From an uncultured Clostridia bacterium (GTDB lineage: Bacteria; Bacillota; Clostridia; TANB77; CAG-508), in the NCBI GenBank assembly GCA_947588885.1, contig CANQAH010000002.1:1-61720 (forward strand): DNA of 61,720 nucleotides, given 5' to 3'. A model generated the notes under the pieces. That model was not told where the DNA came from. It searched no databases and saw only the letters and a program-made list of their open reading frames with translations. Each line of letters starts with the position of its first letter. Position 1 is the first letter of the stretch. Below, piece by piece: positions 31,280-40,703 of this stretch. A program made the position numbers and the translations under genes.

Positions 31280-31555
31280 TTAGAACTGACAATATATCCG
31301 ACTACTTGTACGCCTACCATTGATTTTATGTTCAATGTGGTACTTATTTCCGATGGAATGGCATATTTGCCTTAGAACAAGCAATATATCCAACCACTTG
31401 TACGCTTATCATTGACTTTATATTCAATGTGGTACTCATTTCCGATGGAATAGCAAAGTTGCTTTAGTACTGGCAATATATCCAGCCACTTGTACGCTTA
31501 CCATTGACTTTATATTCAATGTAGTGCCAATTTCCAATGGAATGGTATAAATAGT
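31280..31555 (-). repeat. three tandem 92-bp units; the last is the real 3' end of gene 31464..32465, the other two are diverged promoterless copies
   Basis: Units start at 31280, 31372 and 31464 (exact 92-bp period). Each ends with an in-frame stop and encodes a variant of ...IGNxxHIEYKVNGKRTSGWIYCxx*. Confidence 0.8.
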
Positions 31556-32465
31556 AGCAGGAACCATTAGGCATAGTTAACAGATTAGCATATTGTGTTG
31601 ATGGACCCGAATAAATAATGAGATTCGCCATTGCAGTGCTTTCATGCGGATTATAATCATAACTGTAAATGTCTCTGTATGTAAGACCAGGACGATGCAG
31701 ATCTAATTGACCAACAGAGAAATATCCTCTTTTTCTTTTACCTGCTGATGTATTATACTCTACATATACCCAGTCTCCATTTTTGGCTAGTACAGTTACG
31801 AATTCTCCTGCATAAACAGAGCCAGCAGCATTATAAGAAGATGTACTCATTCCATAATACAAAGTGGCATTGTTTTTAACCCGTGCTACTGAAGAAACAG
31901 AAGCATCCATTGAATTGCTGAAGTTTGGATTAAAAGCATATCCTCTTTTAGTACCACTAGGTGTTGCAAATTCAACATATGAAACTTTGGTACTTAAAAT
32001 GGAATAACCGTACAGCTCTGTAAGACCTTCATTGGCATAAATTGTTCCAATTTTGACGCTTCTCCCGATGTTATCACAGCTGTAAACAGTTGTAGTACTG
32101 TTGGCTACCCGCTGACCGCCATTATAGATTTCATCTTGAGGTGTACCACCTGTTATACCGGTCACCTTGGATGTGGGAACATACCCAGTTTTAAAGTTGC
32201 CAGAACTGGAAACTGTATACTGAATATGATACCAATCCATATTTTTGACTTTACCAAGAATGGTAATTTTTTCGTTTTGACCGATACTGCCGGCTGATGC
32301 ATATATGCTTGACGATGGTCCTAACATTACAGTCTGTGCTACTGTTGACCGCGCTGAAATTGATGTATCGGCTGCATGAGCAACTGCAGGTGAAGATATT
32401 ACTGTACCTAAAATGGCACACATAACAAACATAAGTGATACTATTGATTTAGTAATTTTTTTCAT
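31464..32465 (-). CDS. secreted 4x SH3b-repeat protein, stand-alone paralogue of the SH3b block of the 23697 protein
   Basis: Signal peptide ending in AVAHA. Four SH3b-like repeats occur in the same order as in the large protein (WYHIQY; GGQR...; SVARVK...WVYVEYNTSAGKRKRGY; ...). Visibly GC-richer than its surroundings. Confidence 0.8.
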   Translation of the reverse strand: MKKITKSIVSLMFVMCAILGTVISSPAVAHAADTSISARSTVAQTVMLGPSSSIYASAGSIGQNEKITILGKVKNMDWYHIQYTVSSSGNFKTGYVPTSKVTGITGGTPQDEIYNGGQRVANSTTTVYSCDNIGRSVKIGTIYANEGLTELYGYSILSTKVSYVEFATPSGTKRGYAFNPNFSNSMDASVSSVARVKNNATLYYGMSTSSYNAAGSVYAGEFVTVLAKNGDWVYVEYNTSAGKRKRGYFSVGQLDLHRPGLTYRDIYSYDYNPHESTAMANLIIYSGPSTQYANLLTMPNGSCYYLYHSIGNWHYIEYKVNGKRTSGWIYCQY

Positions 32466-32620
32466 AGTCGTCCTCCTGTTGATTGAATTTGTTGTGTTAT
32501 GAATTCCTAATCTTCATATTACAAAAATATGCAAATTGATAGTGCATACTTATTGTAATCATTTAGTATTAAAACATACTTTTATAATTATAAAGGAAAA
32601 AAAATATATATTATATAAAA

Positions 32621-32635
32621 GATACATAAGATACA
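32621..32635 (-). promoter_or_regulatory. TGTATC-N3-TGTATC direct repeat (minus-strand sense) upstream of gene 31464..32465
   Basis: The plus strand reads GATACATAAGATACA, so the minus strand reads TGTATCTTATGTATC. It lies about 155 nt upstream of the ATG. Confidence 0.35.
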
Positions 32636-33062
32636 AATTATGTGATTATATATTTATAATATAGCAGAAATTTACTTTAAGTATTTGCAGTAAAATATCT
32701 GTATTTGCTGTGAATTTTTCACAAATATTGAATAAGAAAAAAATATGTAATACTATAAATACAATATTAGTATTGTTATATAATTTAAAAGGTATATCAA
32801 TACTACTTAAAGATAAAATCAAAAAAATGATTTATATTCTTTAAGATAAACAGATGTAATGTCTGTACAAACTGCATTAGTGCAGAAAATGTGTGAGTAA
32901 GTGTAAAAGAAAATACTTTTATACTTAAAATCTAATAAGATAAAAATAGATAATGAGTATATGCCCCCAATTATGCTCATTACTTTTTTGTCTTATTTAT
33001 AATAAAAAAGAATGGAGGTGCAAATAAGTTTAAAATTTATTAAAAAAGTTGTAGGAGGAAAA

Positions 33063-34109
33063 ATGAAAATGGTCAAAGATTTAGATACGAAATTTGAATT
33101 TCCAATTGCAGGTAGCCTACGTATTGGAAAAAAAGATGAAAAAAATATTCCACAAAAATTAAATTATTTTACAGTACATGAAGATAGTCATACTATTAAA
33201 TCTGTTGTGACACAATTTAATAGTAAATATGAAAAAGCAAAAGAACTAAATATTAAATTTTTATCAGATAATCCTTTAGAAGTAAGCTATGTCAGATATG
33301 GAAATTCAGGACTTTTATGTAAAGGCGATGGCGAAAAAGCTAGTTGCAGAGCTGAAAAAGAATGGATGAAATGTGATTGCTCAAAAGAGTGTAAATACAG
33401 AGGAAATGCATGTAAATTAACTGGAAGATTATATTTTATCATCGAGGATTTAAATATAGGTGGTTTATGGAGATTTCAGACCCAAAGTTACAACACTATA
33501 CGAAACTTCATTACTATTTTAAAATTTGTGAAGTGTATGGGAATTGATATTAGGCAAAAAAAATTTAGAATGGCAACTGAAGAAAGAAAATCAATTGTGG
33601 ATGGAAGAGTAAAAAAATATGTAACTGTAAGTTTAAAAATGATAGAGGATACTGATAAAAATGATTTAGGAGATAAGAACAAATCAGAAAAAATTTCAAA
33701 AATTAACGCAGAAAAAGGTGATAATGAAAATAGAGAATTAATTTCAAATAATGTTAAAGATAATAGGAAGAAACAAAAAAAGGGTATAACAGAAAAAGAA
33801 TTATACAATGAGAATAATGCATCTGAACGTGCAAATTTAAATAGTGATATAGATGTAGATGAATATGAAAAATGTATAATCCTTCAAGAAATTAAGGAAA
33901 TTACTATAGGTGAAAATATAGTAAAAAAAGCTATATTCTGTAATATGAATGATGAAATTATAGAATTATTGCTACATCCAGATATTCAAGAAGAAATTTC
34001 AAATTGGGAATTAGCAAGTACTATTATTCCACTAAATATTTATGAAAAAAATAATAATAGAATACTGAAAGAGTATAAAGAAATTTCAGTGATAAAAAAA
34101 GCAGTATAA
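33063..34109 (+). CDS. Cys-rich DNA-module protein of unknown function
   Basis: ATG after AGGAGG. LRIGKKDEKNIPQKLNYFTV...CKGDG...CDCSKECKYRGNACKLTGRLYF...GGLWRFQTQSYNTI, with a charged C-terminal half. I cannot place it in a family with confidence. Confidence 0.4.
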   Translation: MKMVKDLDTKFEFPIAGSLRIGKKDEKNIPQKLNYFTVHEDSHTIKSVVTQFNSKYEKAKELNIKFLSDNPLEVSYVRYGNSGLLCKGDGEKASCRAEKEWMKCDCSKECKYRGNACKLTGRLYFIIEDLNIGGLWRFQTQSYNTIRNFITILKFVKCMGIDIRQKKFRMATEERKSIVDGRVKKYVTVSLKMIEDTDKNDLGDKNKSEKISKINAEKGDNENRELISNNVKDNRKKQKKGITEKELYNENNASERANLNSDIDVDEYEKCIILQEIKEITIGENIVKKAIFCNMNDEIIELLLHPDIQEEISNWELASTIIPLNIYEKNNNRILKEYKEISVIKKAV

Positions 34110-34134
34110 ATTAGAAGAGTTATACTGTTTTTTT

Positions 34135-34362
34135 ATGTCAAAGAAAGGCGGATTGAAAATGTTAAAATTACTAAAAAAAATTGTGCTTATTTTAATATTC
34201 TTAATATTTACACTATTTCATCTTATGTTAAAAATTATAACTTCCATTATTTCAAAAGTAAATTTGAGTTTTTCAAAAGCTTGTTGCAAATTTAAAAAAA
34301 TAATAATAGTAAGGACTAAAAATAAATTTTTTTCTACTAAAAGTTTCAGAGGTTTAAAGTAA
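34135..34362 (+). CDS. small membrane protein
   Basis: One or two hydrophobic helices. Weak call. Confidence 0.3.
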   Translation: MSKKGGLKMLKLLKKIVLILIFLIFTLFHLMLKIITSIISKVNLSFSKACCKFKKIIIVRTKNKFFSTKSFRGLK

Positions 34363-34544
34363 TGTTTAATAAATTTAAAAATGGTGAATTAGTATTATGT
34401 TGTGGAGTTGGAAAAATTACGGAAGATTATATTTGTAAAAAAGGGAAAATAGTAGAAAAAGATTATTATTATAAAGATTATTGCATTAAGTTTGAAGATG
34501 GAAGTGAGGAATGGTTTGATGAAAAAGATTTACAAAAAGTGTAA
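34362..34544 (+). CDS. small hypothetical protein
   Basis: ATGA start/stop overlap with the previous ORF. No recognisable motif. Confidence 0.35.
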   Translation: MFNKFKNGELVLCCGVGKITEDYICKKGKIVEKDYYYKDYCIKFEDGSEEWFDEKDLQKV

Positions 34545-34559
34545 TGGAGGTATCTAAAA

Positions 34560-34883
34560 GTGAGTTATTTGAGTAATGTAAGGATTTGTGTACCCAAAAA
34601 AGAAATGAAGAAAATTAAATCTGAATTGTTAAAAATTAAAAGTAACATATGGAATGTATGTGATTTGGTAAAGCAATTTACTGCAGAAGATAATATAAAA
34701 TATGTGATTTTTGGTTGGAACAATATTGAATGGTATTTAAATTATAAAGACGTTAACCTAATTGAACAAATATTAAAGAGTTATAAATTAGCAGGAATAC
34801 AATGTAAGTTTATTAATATAGGCAAAGATATAAAAGATATTGAGCAAGAAGCTTTATGCGAAAATAACCAATATATTATCTAA
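34560..34883 (+). CDS. hypothetical protein
   Basis: GTG start after GGAGG. No recognisable motif. Confidence 0.35.
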   Translation: MSYLSNVRICVPKKEMKKIKSELLKIKSNIWNVCDLVKQFTAEDNIKYVIFGWNNIEWYLNYKDVNLIEQILKSYKLAGIQCKFINIGKDIKDIEQEALCENNQYII

Positions 34884-34907
34884 AATTTAATTTGGAGGAA
34901 ATATCAG

Positions 34908-36473
34908 ATGATAATTAAAAGTTTAAAAATTAGAGGATTTAAAGGCTTTGAGAAAGAATTTTATATAGAATTTAATGAAAATAAAACAATTATTGAAGGT
35001 GAAAACTATCAGGGTAAAACGAGTATTGGAGAAGCTATTACTTGGTGTTTATTAGGAACAAATTTATTTGGAAATGATAAGACGATTAATATAATAAATA
35101 AGAATTCTAATACGGCATGCTGTGAATTAAAGTTTCTGGATAATGAAAAGAAAGAACATATAATAATTAGAAGTAAAGGAAAAGAAAATATAGTTGTATT
35201 AGATGGAAGAAAAGCAAATGCGGAAATTCTTTCTAATTATTACTATAATAAGAAAATATTTCTTTCTATATTTAATCCATATTATTTTAGTAGTTTAGAG
35301 CCTAGAGAACAAAGGGAACTGTTAAGAAGCGTTCTACCAATAATTGATTATAGGGATGCATTTAACTTATTATCTCAAAGTGAAAGAGAAATTCTAGTTG
35401 AACCAAGAATTAATTTGAATGACTTTATTAAAAATGCAAGAGATGACTTAAAAGAACTTGAAAAAGAAAAAAATAACTATGAAGGAAGAAAAGAATATGC
35501 AAATTCTATTGCGAATTCATATATACCTACTGAAAAGTTTTTTCAGCATGAAAAAATACTTGATTCATTAGAAAGGGAGTATGAATTAACACTTAAATCT
35601 GTTTCTGGAGATACTAAAAGAGAAATGAAAACAAAGTTAGAAGAGATAGATAAGAGTATAGAGAATCAATCTAAATTATTAAATAAATTAAGAAATAAAT
35701 ATAAAGAAATGCAAAGTGTTATTAAAAGTATAGAACAAAATAATTCAATTTGTCCTGTTTGTAGTAATAAAATTGTTGATCATAATAAGCTTAACGAGAT
35801 TAAAAACATACAAAATAATTTGTTGAATGAAGTTATAAAAGAAGGAAAACAAAGAGAAATAGAATTAAAAAGTCTTCAAGTACAAAGAAGTATTTTAGAT
35901 ATTAAATGCAATAAACTTAATCCTAATTCTCAAAAAGAAGAAATACTAAGCATATTACAAGAAAAAATTTCAAGATTAAAATTAGAGAAAGAAGATATAC
36001 AAAAATATAATTTTGAAATTATCGCTAAGCAAGATGCAGTAAAAAAAGCAAATTCAGATATTGAACTAATAGATAATGCTCTTGAAGAAAATGATAGAAC
36101 GCAGAGTATCTTAAAAAATCAAATATCTACAGCAACAAGTTTAAATAATTTAATTATAAAAAAACAAATTGAAAGTGTAAGTAAATACTTAGACAGAGTT
36201 GAACTTATTTTTTCAAAAATTGATATTGCTACAGGAGAATTAAAAGATGACTATAAGATTTTATATGATGGTAAAGAATATAACATGTTAAGTTTATCTG
36301 AGAAAATAAGAGCAACTTTAGAAATATCTAATTTAATAAATAAAGTAGTTGGTTTAAATGTACCAACTTTTATTGATAATAGCGAAAGTGTAACACACTA
36401 TAATAAAGAATTTAATAATCAAGTTATATTAGCTAAAGTTGTTGAAGGAAGTAAGTTAAAATTAGTAGGATAG
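34908..36473 (+). CDS. SMC/RecF/SbcC-like AAA ATPase with a coiled-coil insert
   Basis: N-terminal LKIRGFKGFEKEF...GENYQGKTSIGEAI (Walker A), a long coiled coil with CPVC (zinc-hook-like), a C-terminal LSLSEK signature and TFIDNSES (Walker B). Confidence 0.7.
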   Translation: MIIKSLKIRGFKGFEKEFYIEFNENKTIIEGENYQGKTSIGEAITWCLLGTNLFGNDKTINIINKNSNTACCELKFLDNEKKEHIIIRSKGKENIVVLDGRKANAEILSNYYYNKKIFLSIFNPYYFSSLEPREQRELLRSVLPIIDYRDAFNLLSQSEREILVEPRINLNDFIKNARDDLKELEKEKNNYEGRKEYANSIANSYIPTEKFFQHEKILDSLEREYELTLKSVSGDTKREMKTKLEEIDKSIENQSKLLNKLRNKYKEMQSVIKSIEQNNSICPVCSNKIVDHNKLNEIKNIQNNLLNEVIKEGKQREIELKSLQVQRSILDIKCNKLNPNSQKEEILSILQEKISRLKLEKEDIQKYNFEIIAKQDAVKKANSDIELIDNALEENDRTQSILKNQISTATSLNNLIIKKQIESVSKYLDRVELIFSKIDIATGELKDDYKILYDGKEYNMLSLSEKIRATLEISNLINKVVGLNVPTFIDNSESVTHYNKEFNNQVILAKVVEGSKLKLVG

Positions 36474-36486
36474 AAAGGAATGTAAA

Positions 36487-36888
36487 ATGACTGGTTGTGA
36501 AAGATTAAAAAGTATGATAGAGGGATCTTTTCAAAGACCACTCTTTAAAATTTATTTATATTTGAAAAAAAGAACTGATATGGATGAAAAATATTTAAAT
36601 CCTGAAAAAAATTTAAAACAAATGTATGAATATATAAAAAGACAAGCTGAAAAACAGGCTGTAGATGGAGTAGCTATACTTGAAGATTCTTTTGTTTATA
36701 ATTTAGCGATTCAATATTTTAATGAAACAAATGAAAATTTAGGTATTAAAGATAGTTCTGAAATCAGTAATAAGGGAACGGAAGAAGAAAATAATGTTAA
36801 AGATGATAACGTAAAGAAAAATGAAGATTTAACATTAAAGAATATTGATGAGAGAAAACAAATTTCTTTGTTTATGGGTACTATGTGA
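36487..36888 (+). CDS. PcfK-like protein (tentative)
   Basis: Size, position immediately upstream of a PcfJ-like gene, and the MYEYIKRQAEKQAVDGVAILEDSFVYNLAIQYFNE segment resemble PcfK-family proteins. Confidence 0.45.
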   Translation: MTGCERLKSMIEGSFQRPLFKIYLYLKKRTDMDEKYLNPEKNLKQMYEYIKRQAEKQAVDGVAILEDSFVYNLAIQYFNETNENLGIKDSSEISNKGTEEENNVKDDNVKKNEDLTLKNIDERKQISLFMGTM

Positions 36889-38333
36889 TGGGATATATAA
36901 AAAAAGAATTTAGAAAAAAATTAGAAATTATAGATAGTAGAGTCAATGAATTTCCTGAAAATTGGAAAAATTTTGTTCAAGAAATTAGAAAAAATCATAA
37001 TTTAATTATAAAAAGAAAAGGAAAGTCAATTTGTACAAATTGTAAACATGAATTTATAACAAATAAGAAAGTAAATAAGTATCAGAAATGTCCTAATTGC
37101 AAAAATACTTATCTTATAAAAAGTGCACATCTAAAGAAATTTTGGTTTCGTGATAATTTGATATTGTTAGATAAAGTTGAAAAGGATATTGTATTTCGAT
37201 ATTTTCAAATGTGGTCTGCTTATGATAATAGATCAATGAATTATGAATTTATTGATTCCGTTGTAGAATTTGCCAGAATATTTCATAAAAGAGATATAGA
37301 GGTTGTAAATGATAGAGTATCAAGATGCCAGTGTCATATCTATGTAAGTCATCTAATAAATCCAGGAAAATGGAGAGAATATACAAGAAATTACAGCTTT
37401 GGTAAAAGTGGATATTTATATACGGGAAATTTAAAAGAAATATTTAAAGATACAGATTATAAATATTTAGACTTAAGAGATTTTGCCAAAAGAGTTGGAA
37501 CAATGGATTATGAAAGATTATTGCGTTGTAAATCGCATTATCCGAGTTTTGAGATGCTTATTAAGTTAAAATTGTATAAATTAGCATTATATGCAGATAG
37601 ATTTGGAAATTATGGGAATTTTAATAAAATATTTGGAGTATCTAAGGAATTTTATCCATTTATGAAAAGATATGATATTACATATTCACAATTACAAATG
37701 CTGAGATTATTGAAACAAAAAGATATGCATAAAGTTAGATATTTAGACAATTTTGATGAATATAGTTTTGATACACTGAAAAAAATTTCGGATTACATTG
37801 GTATAGATAACTTTATAAAATATCAAAAAATGCATAAAGGTAAAGTTAATATACATATTTATAAAGATTACTTAGAATTTGCTAGTCAAATGGGATTTGA
37901 TTTAAAAAATAAAAGATATAAGTTCCCAGATGATTTAAATAAAAGACATAATGAATTGGAAAAAAGCGTTGAAATTCGAAATAGAGAATTGTTAAATGAG
38001 GCTATTGCTAAAAGATTAGAATTATTAAATAAAAATTCATATAAAGATAAAAAATTTATCATTTTTGCGGCTAAAAGTATAGAAGACTTGGAAGATGAAA
38101 GCATGCAACAAGGTAATTGCGTTAGAACATATGCTAAAGATTATGCATTTGGAAAATCAGATATTTATTTTATGAGATTAATAAATGCTAAAGATAAATC
38201 TTTAGTCACAGTAGAAGTAAAAGACAATGTAGTTATTCAAAGTAAAACTAAGTATAATAGAGAACCTGAAAAGAAACAATTAAAATTCTTAGAAAAGTGG
38301 CAAAAAAATATATTACAAAAATGTTATATATAA
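36885..38333 (+). CDS. PcfJ-like protein
   Basis: N-terminal Cys pairs (CTNC...CPNC). C-terminal LEDESMQQGNCVRTYAKDYAFGKSDIYFMR...LVTVEV is the PcfJ signature region. Confidence 0.6.
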   Translation: MMGYIKKEFRKKLEIIDSRVNEFPENWKNFVQEIRKNHNLIIKRKGKSICTNCKHEFITNKKVNKYQKCPNCKNTYLIKSAHLKKFWFRDNLILLDKVEKDIVFRYFQMWSAYDNRSMNYEFIDSVVEFARIFHKRDIEVVNDRVSRCQCHIYVSHLINPGKWREYTRNYSFGKSGYLYTGNLKEIFKDTDYKYLDLRDFAKRVGTMDYERLLRCKSHYPSFEMLIKLKLYKLALYADRFGNYGNFNKIFGVSKEFYPFMKRYDITYSQLQMLRLLKQKDMHKVRYLDNFDEYSFDTLKKISDYIGIDNFIKYQKMHKGKVNIHIYKDYLEFASQMGFDLKNKRYKFPDDLNKRHNELEKSVEIRNRELLNEAIAKRLELLNKNSYKDKKFIIFAAKSIEDLEDESMQQGNCVRTYAKDYAFGKSDIYFMRLINAKDKSLVTVEVKDNVVIQSKTKYNREPEKKQLKFLEKWQKNILQKCYI

Positions 38334-38355
38334 AAAATAGAAAGGAAATATATAT

Positions 38356-38652
38356 ATGAATAATTATGAAAGTATAATAATATTAAAACCAGATATTGTT
38401 GAAAAAGAAATAAAAGAAGAAATTGAAAAATATAAAAAAATAATTAGAAACTTCGTGAAAAAAAATGAAGAACAACTAAAAATAGAGGAGATAGGTAAAA
38501 AAAATTTAGCTTATGAAGTAAAACAATATAAGCAAGGATATTATGTGTTATTTGAATTTTATGCTGAAATAGAAGAAATTAATGAGCTGGAAAGAAAATT
38601 TAGGAAAGATGATGATGTACTTAAATTTATTATAGTAAGAAAGGATGATTAA
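38356..38652 (+). CDS. ribosomal protein S6 (bS6) paralogue encoded on the element
   Basis: YESIIILKPDI...GKKNLAYEVKQYKQGYYVLFEF...LERKFRKDDDVLKFIIVR is colinear with bacterial RpsF. It is followed by ssb, as in chromosomal rpsF-ssb-rpsR operons, but without rpsR. Confidence 0.7.
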   Translation: MNNYESIIILKPDIVEKEIKEEIEKYKKIIRNFVKKNEEQLKIEEIGKKNLAYEVKQYKQGYYVLFEFYAEIEEINELERKFRKDDDVLKFIIVRKDD

Positions 38653-39043
38653 AGTGAATAAAATTATATTATTAGGAAGACTAATAAAGAATCCAGAAAT
38701 TTTAATGAGTAGTAAAGAAACAATTATAGGAAAATTTACAATAGCTGTTCCAAGAAAATTTGCAAGAGAAGGAGAGGAAAGAAAGACTGATTTTATAAAT
38801 ATAATTACATTTGGAAAATTAACGGAGTTTGCGGGAAAATTTTTTAAGAAAGGAATGCAAGTACTTATATCTGGAAGATTAGAAATTAACCAGTATGAGA
38901 ATGAAAACGGAGAAAAAAGATATAGTGCCCAAGTAATTGCCGAAGAATTGAATTTTGCAGATAGTAAAAAAATTAATAATTCTAATATGGATAAGTTACA
39001 TGAATCTGAAGAATTAGATAATGAAAAAATTTTATTATACTGA
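38645..39043 (+). CDS. ssb: single-stranded DNA-binding protein
   Basis: NKIILLGRLIKNPEI...TDFINIITFGKLTEFAGKFFKKGMQVLISGRLEINQYENENGEKRY is an OB fold. The real start may be the GTG at 38654. Confidence 0.85.
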   Translation: MIKVNKIILLGRLIKNPEILMSSKETIIGKFTIAVPRKFAREGEERKTDFINIITFGKLTEFAGKFFKKGMQVLISGRLEINQYENENGEKRYSAQVIAEELNFADSKKINNSNMDKLHESEELDNEKILLY

Positions 39044-39057
39044 AATGGGGTATTATT

Positions 39058-39501
39058 ATGATTAGAAAATATTTTAGAAAGTATTCGTTAGAATTAGTGA
39101 AAGAAGATGAATGTATATATGAAGGTAGAATTATTTCTTCAACAGATGCCTATAAAAAATTTATTGAAATTTTTAAAATCAATAAGAAGGCAGAAGAACA
39201 TATAGTTATGTTTTGCTTAAATAGCAAAAATGAAATAATTGCTGCATTTTTAATAACGAAAGGTGGAATTGATTACTCTAATATAAATTTGACTGATATA
39301 ATAAAAAGAACATTACTTTGTAATTGTAAAAAAATAATAATTGCTCATAATCATCCATCAGGAGATGTAACACCGTCAAAAGAAGATTTGATGTTTACTG
39401 AAAAAATGATAAATGCTTGTAAATTTATGGGTATCGATTTTTTAGACCATTTAGTGATTGGAGATAAATCATTTCAATCAATAAAACAAAAGTTATTTTA
39501 A
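39058..39501 (+). CDS. RadC-like JAB/MPN domain protein
   Basis: The JAMM motif AHNHPSGDVTPSKEDLMFT. Confidence 0.85.
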   Translation: MIRKYFRKYSLELVKEDECIYEGRIISSTDAYKKFIEIFKINKKAEEHIVMFCLNSKNEIIAAFLITKGGIDYSNINLTDIIKRTLLCNCKKIIIAHNHPSGDVTPSKEDLMFTEKMINACKFMGIDFLDHLVIGDKSFQSIKQKLF

Positions 39502-39655
39502 AAGAAAATAATAATGTAATTTAAGACTATATATCAATTTTATGAGATATAGTCTTTTTTTTATAAAAATTTTTTTGTTCAAGTTGATTTTATATGTCTA
39601 TCTTATATATATTAGTCTTGTGCAGCACAAAACAAAATATGAGAGGTGGTTGAAT

Positions 39656-40006
39656 ATGAGAAAAAGAGATTTATTTTATTATATTTTTGATACTAATAAT
39701 GAAAAATATAATGAAATATATAATCTAATTTTAAGTGTAGAAGATAAAATTGAGTATGATATAACAGATGAACAACTATTATTTATGAGAGATTTTATAC
39801 TTAGATTATTATTTAGAATAGCGATATTGGAATATAAAGGATATAAAACAATAAATATTAGCAAAATGATGAGTATTGATGATAAAATTTGTATATTAAA
39901 TGTTGAACAAATTAAAGATTTAAAAAATAAATACAAAAAAGCTATAGAAATAATAAAAGAATATATAGGAAAAATTTATAATAATGTTACTATTGGTATA
40001 AATTGA
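39656..40006 (+). CDS. hypothetical protein
   Basis: ATG after GAGAGGTGG. The upstream part of the track ORF is probably not translated. Confidence 0.35.
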   Translation: MRKRDLFYYIFDTNNEKYNEIYNLILSVEDKIEYDITDEQLLFMRDFILRLLFRIAILEYKGYKTINISKMMSIDDKICILNVEQIKDLKNKYKKAIEIIKEYIGKIYNNVTIGIN

Positions 40007-40308
40007 ATAAGGAGACGAATAAAATGGAAGAAAATAAATATGAATGTGAAATTATAGAAAAAATATATAATAAAAAAAATAAAAGTATTTATAAATCTAG
40101 AAAAAATGAATGTATAAAATCAAAAGAAAAAGATGTTGAGAGATGTAAAAATACATTGTTATGCTTTTTAAAAGAACATTTGACAGAAGGATATTATGAT
40201 ACAGCTTTCAATTATATAAATGCATTAATTGGAAAGAATGATAATCTTATGAAAGAATGGAATAAAGTGTTCTATATTTCAGGAATAAATGATGGTGTAG
40301 ATTATTAA
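40003..40308 (+). CDS. hypothetical protein
   Basis: Open frame in operon context only. Confidence 0.3.
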   Translation: MNKETNKMEENKYECEIIEKIYNKKNKSIYKSRKNECIKSKEKDVERCKNTLLCFLKEHLTEGYYDTAFNYINALIGKNDNLMKEWNKVFYISGINDGVDY

Positions 40309-40309
40309 T

Positions 40310-40540
40310 CTATTCCGCTAAATCGAAGGATGAATCATCAAAAAATTCTTTTAAAGTAATATCAAATCCATAACAAATATATAATAAGGTATCAAGTTTT
40401 ATAAGATGCGTTTTTCCTGTCATAAAGGTACTTATAGTTGAGCAGGGAACACCTGTTAATTTACATAGTTCCCATACATTAATATTTTTAAGTTTTAGAA
40501 AATATAATATTCTATTCCTTATTGCTTCCGCTAATTTCAT
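40310..40540 (-). CDS. XRE-family helix-turn-helix regulator
   Basis: NINVWELCKLTGVPCSTISTFMTGKTHLIKLDTLLYICYGF is a typical HTH_3 pattern. Confidence 0.7.
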   Translation of the reverse strand: MKLAEAIRNRILYFLKLKNINVWELCKLTGVPCSTISTFMTGKTHLIKLDTLLYICYGFDITLKEFFDDSSFDLAE

Positions 40541-40703
40541 ATTTTATTTCTCCAATAAATAGTATGAAAAAATATTATCAAATTTATTCTAAAGACCACT
40601 TTGGCACATTGAAAAAAATGATAAAAAATTCAATAAGCCAAATTAGTTTGGCTTATTGAAATAAAATAATTATTATGTTATTATTTTAGTGGAGGGAAGA
40701 CTG

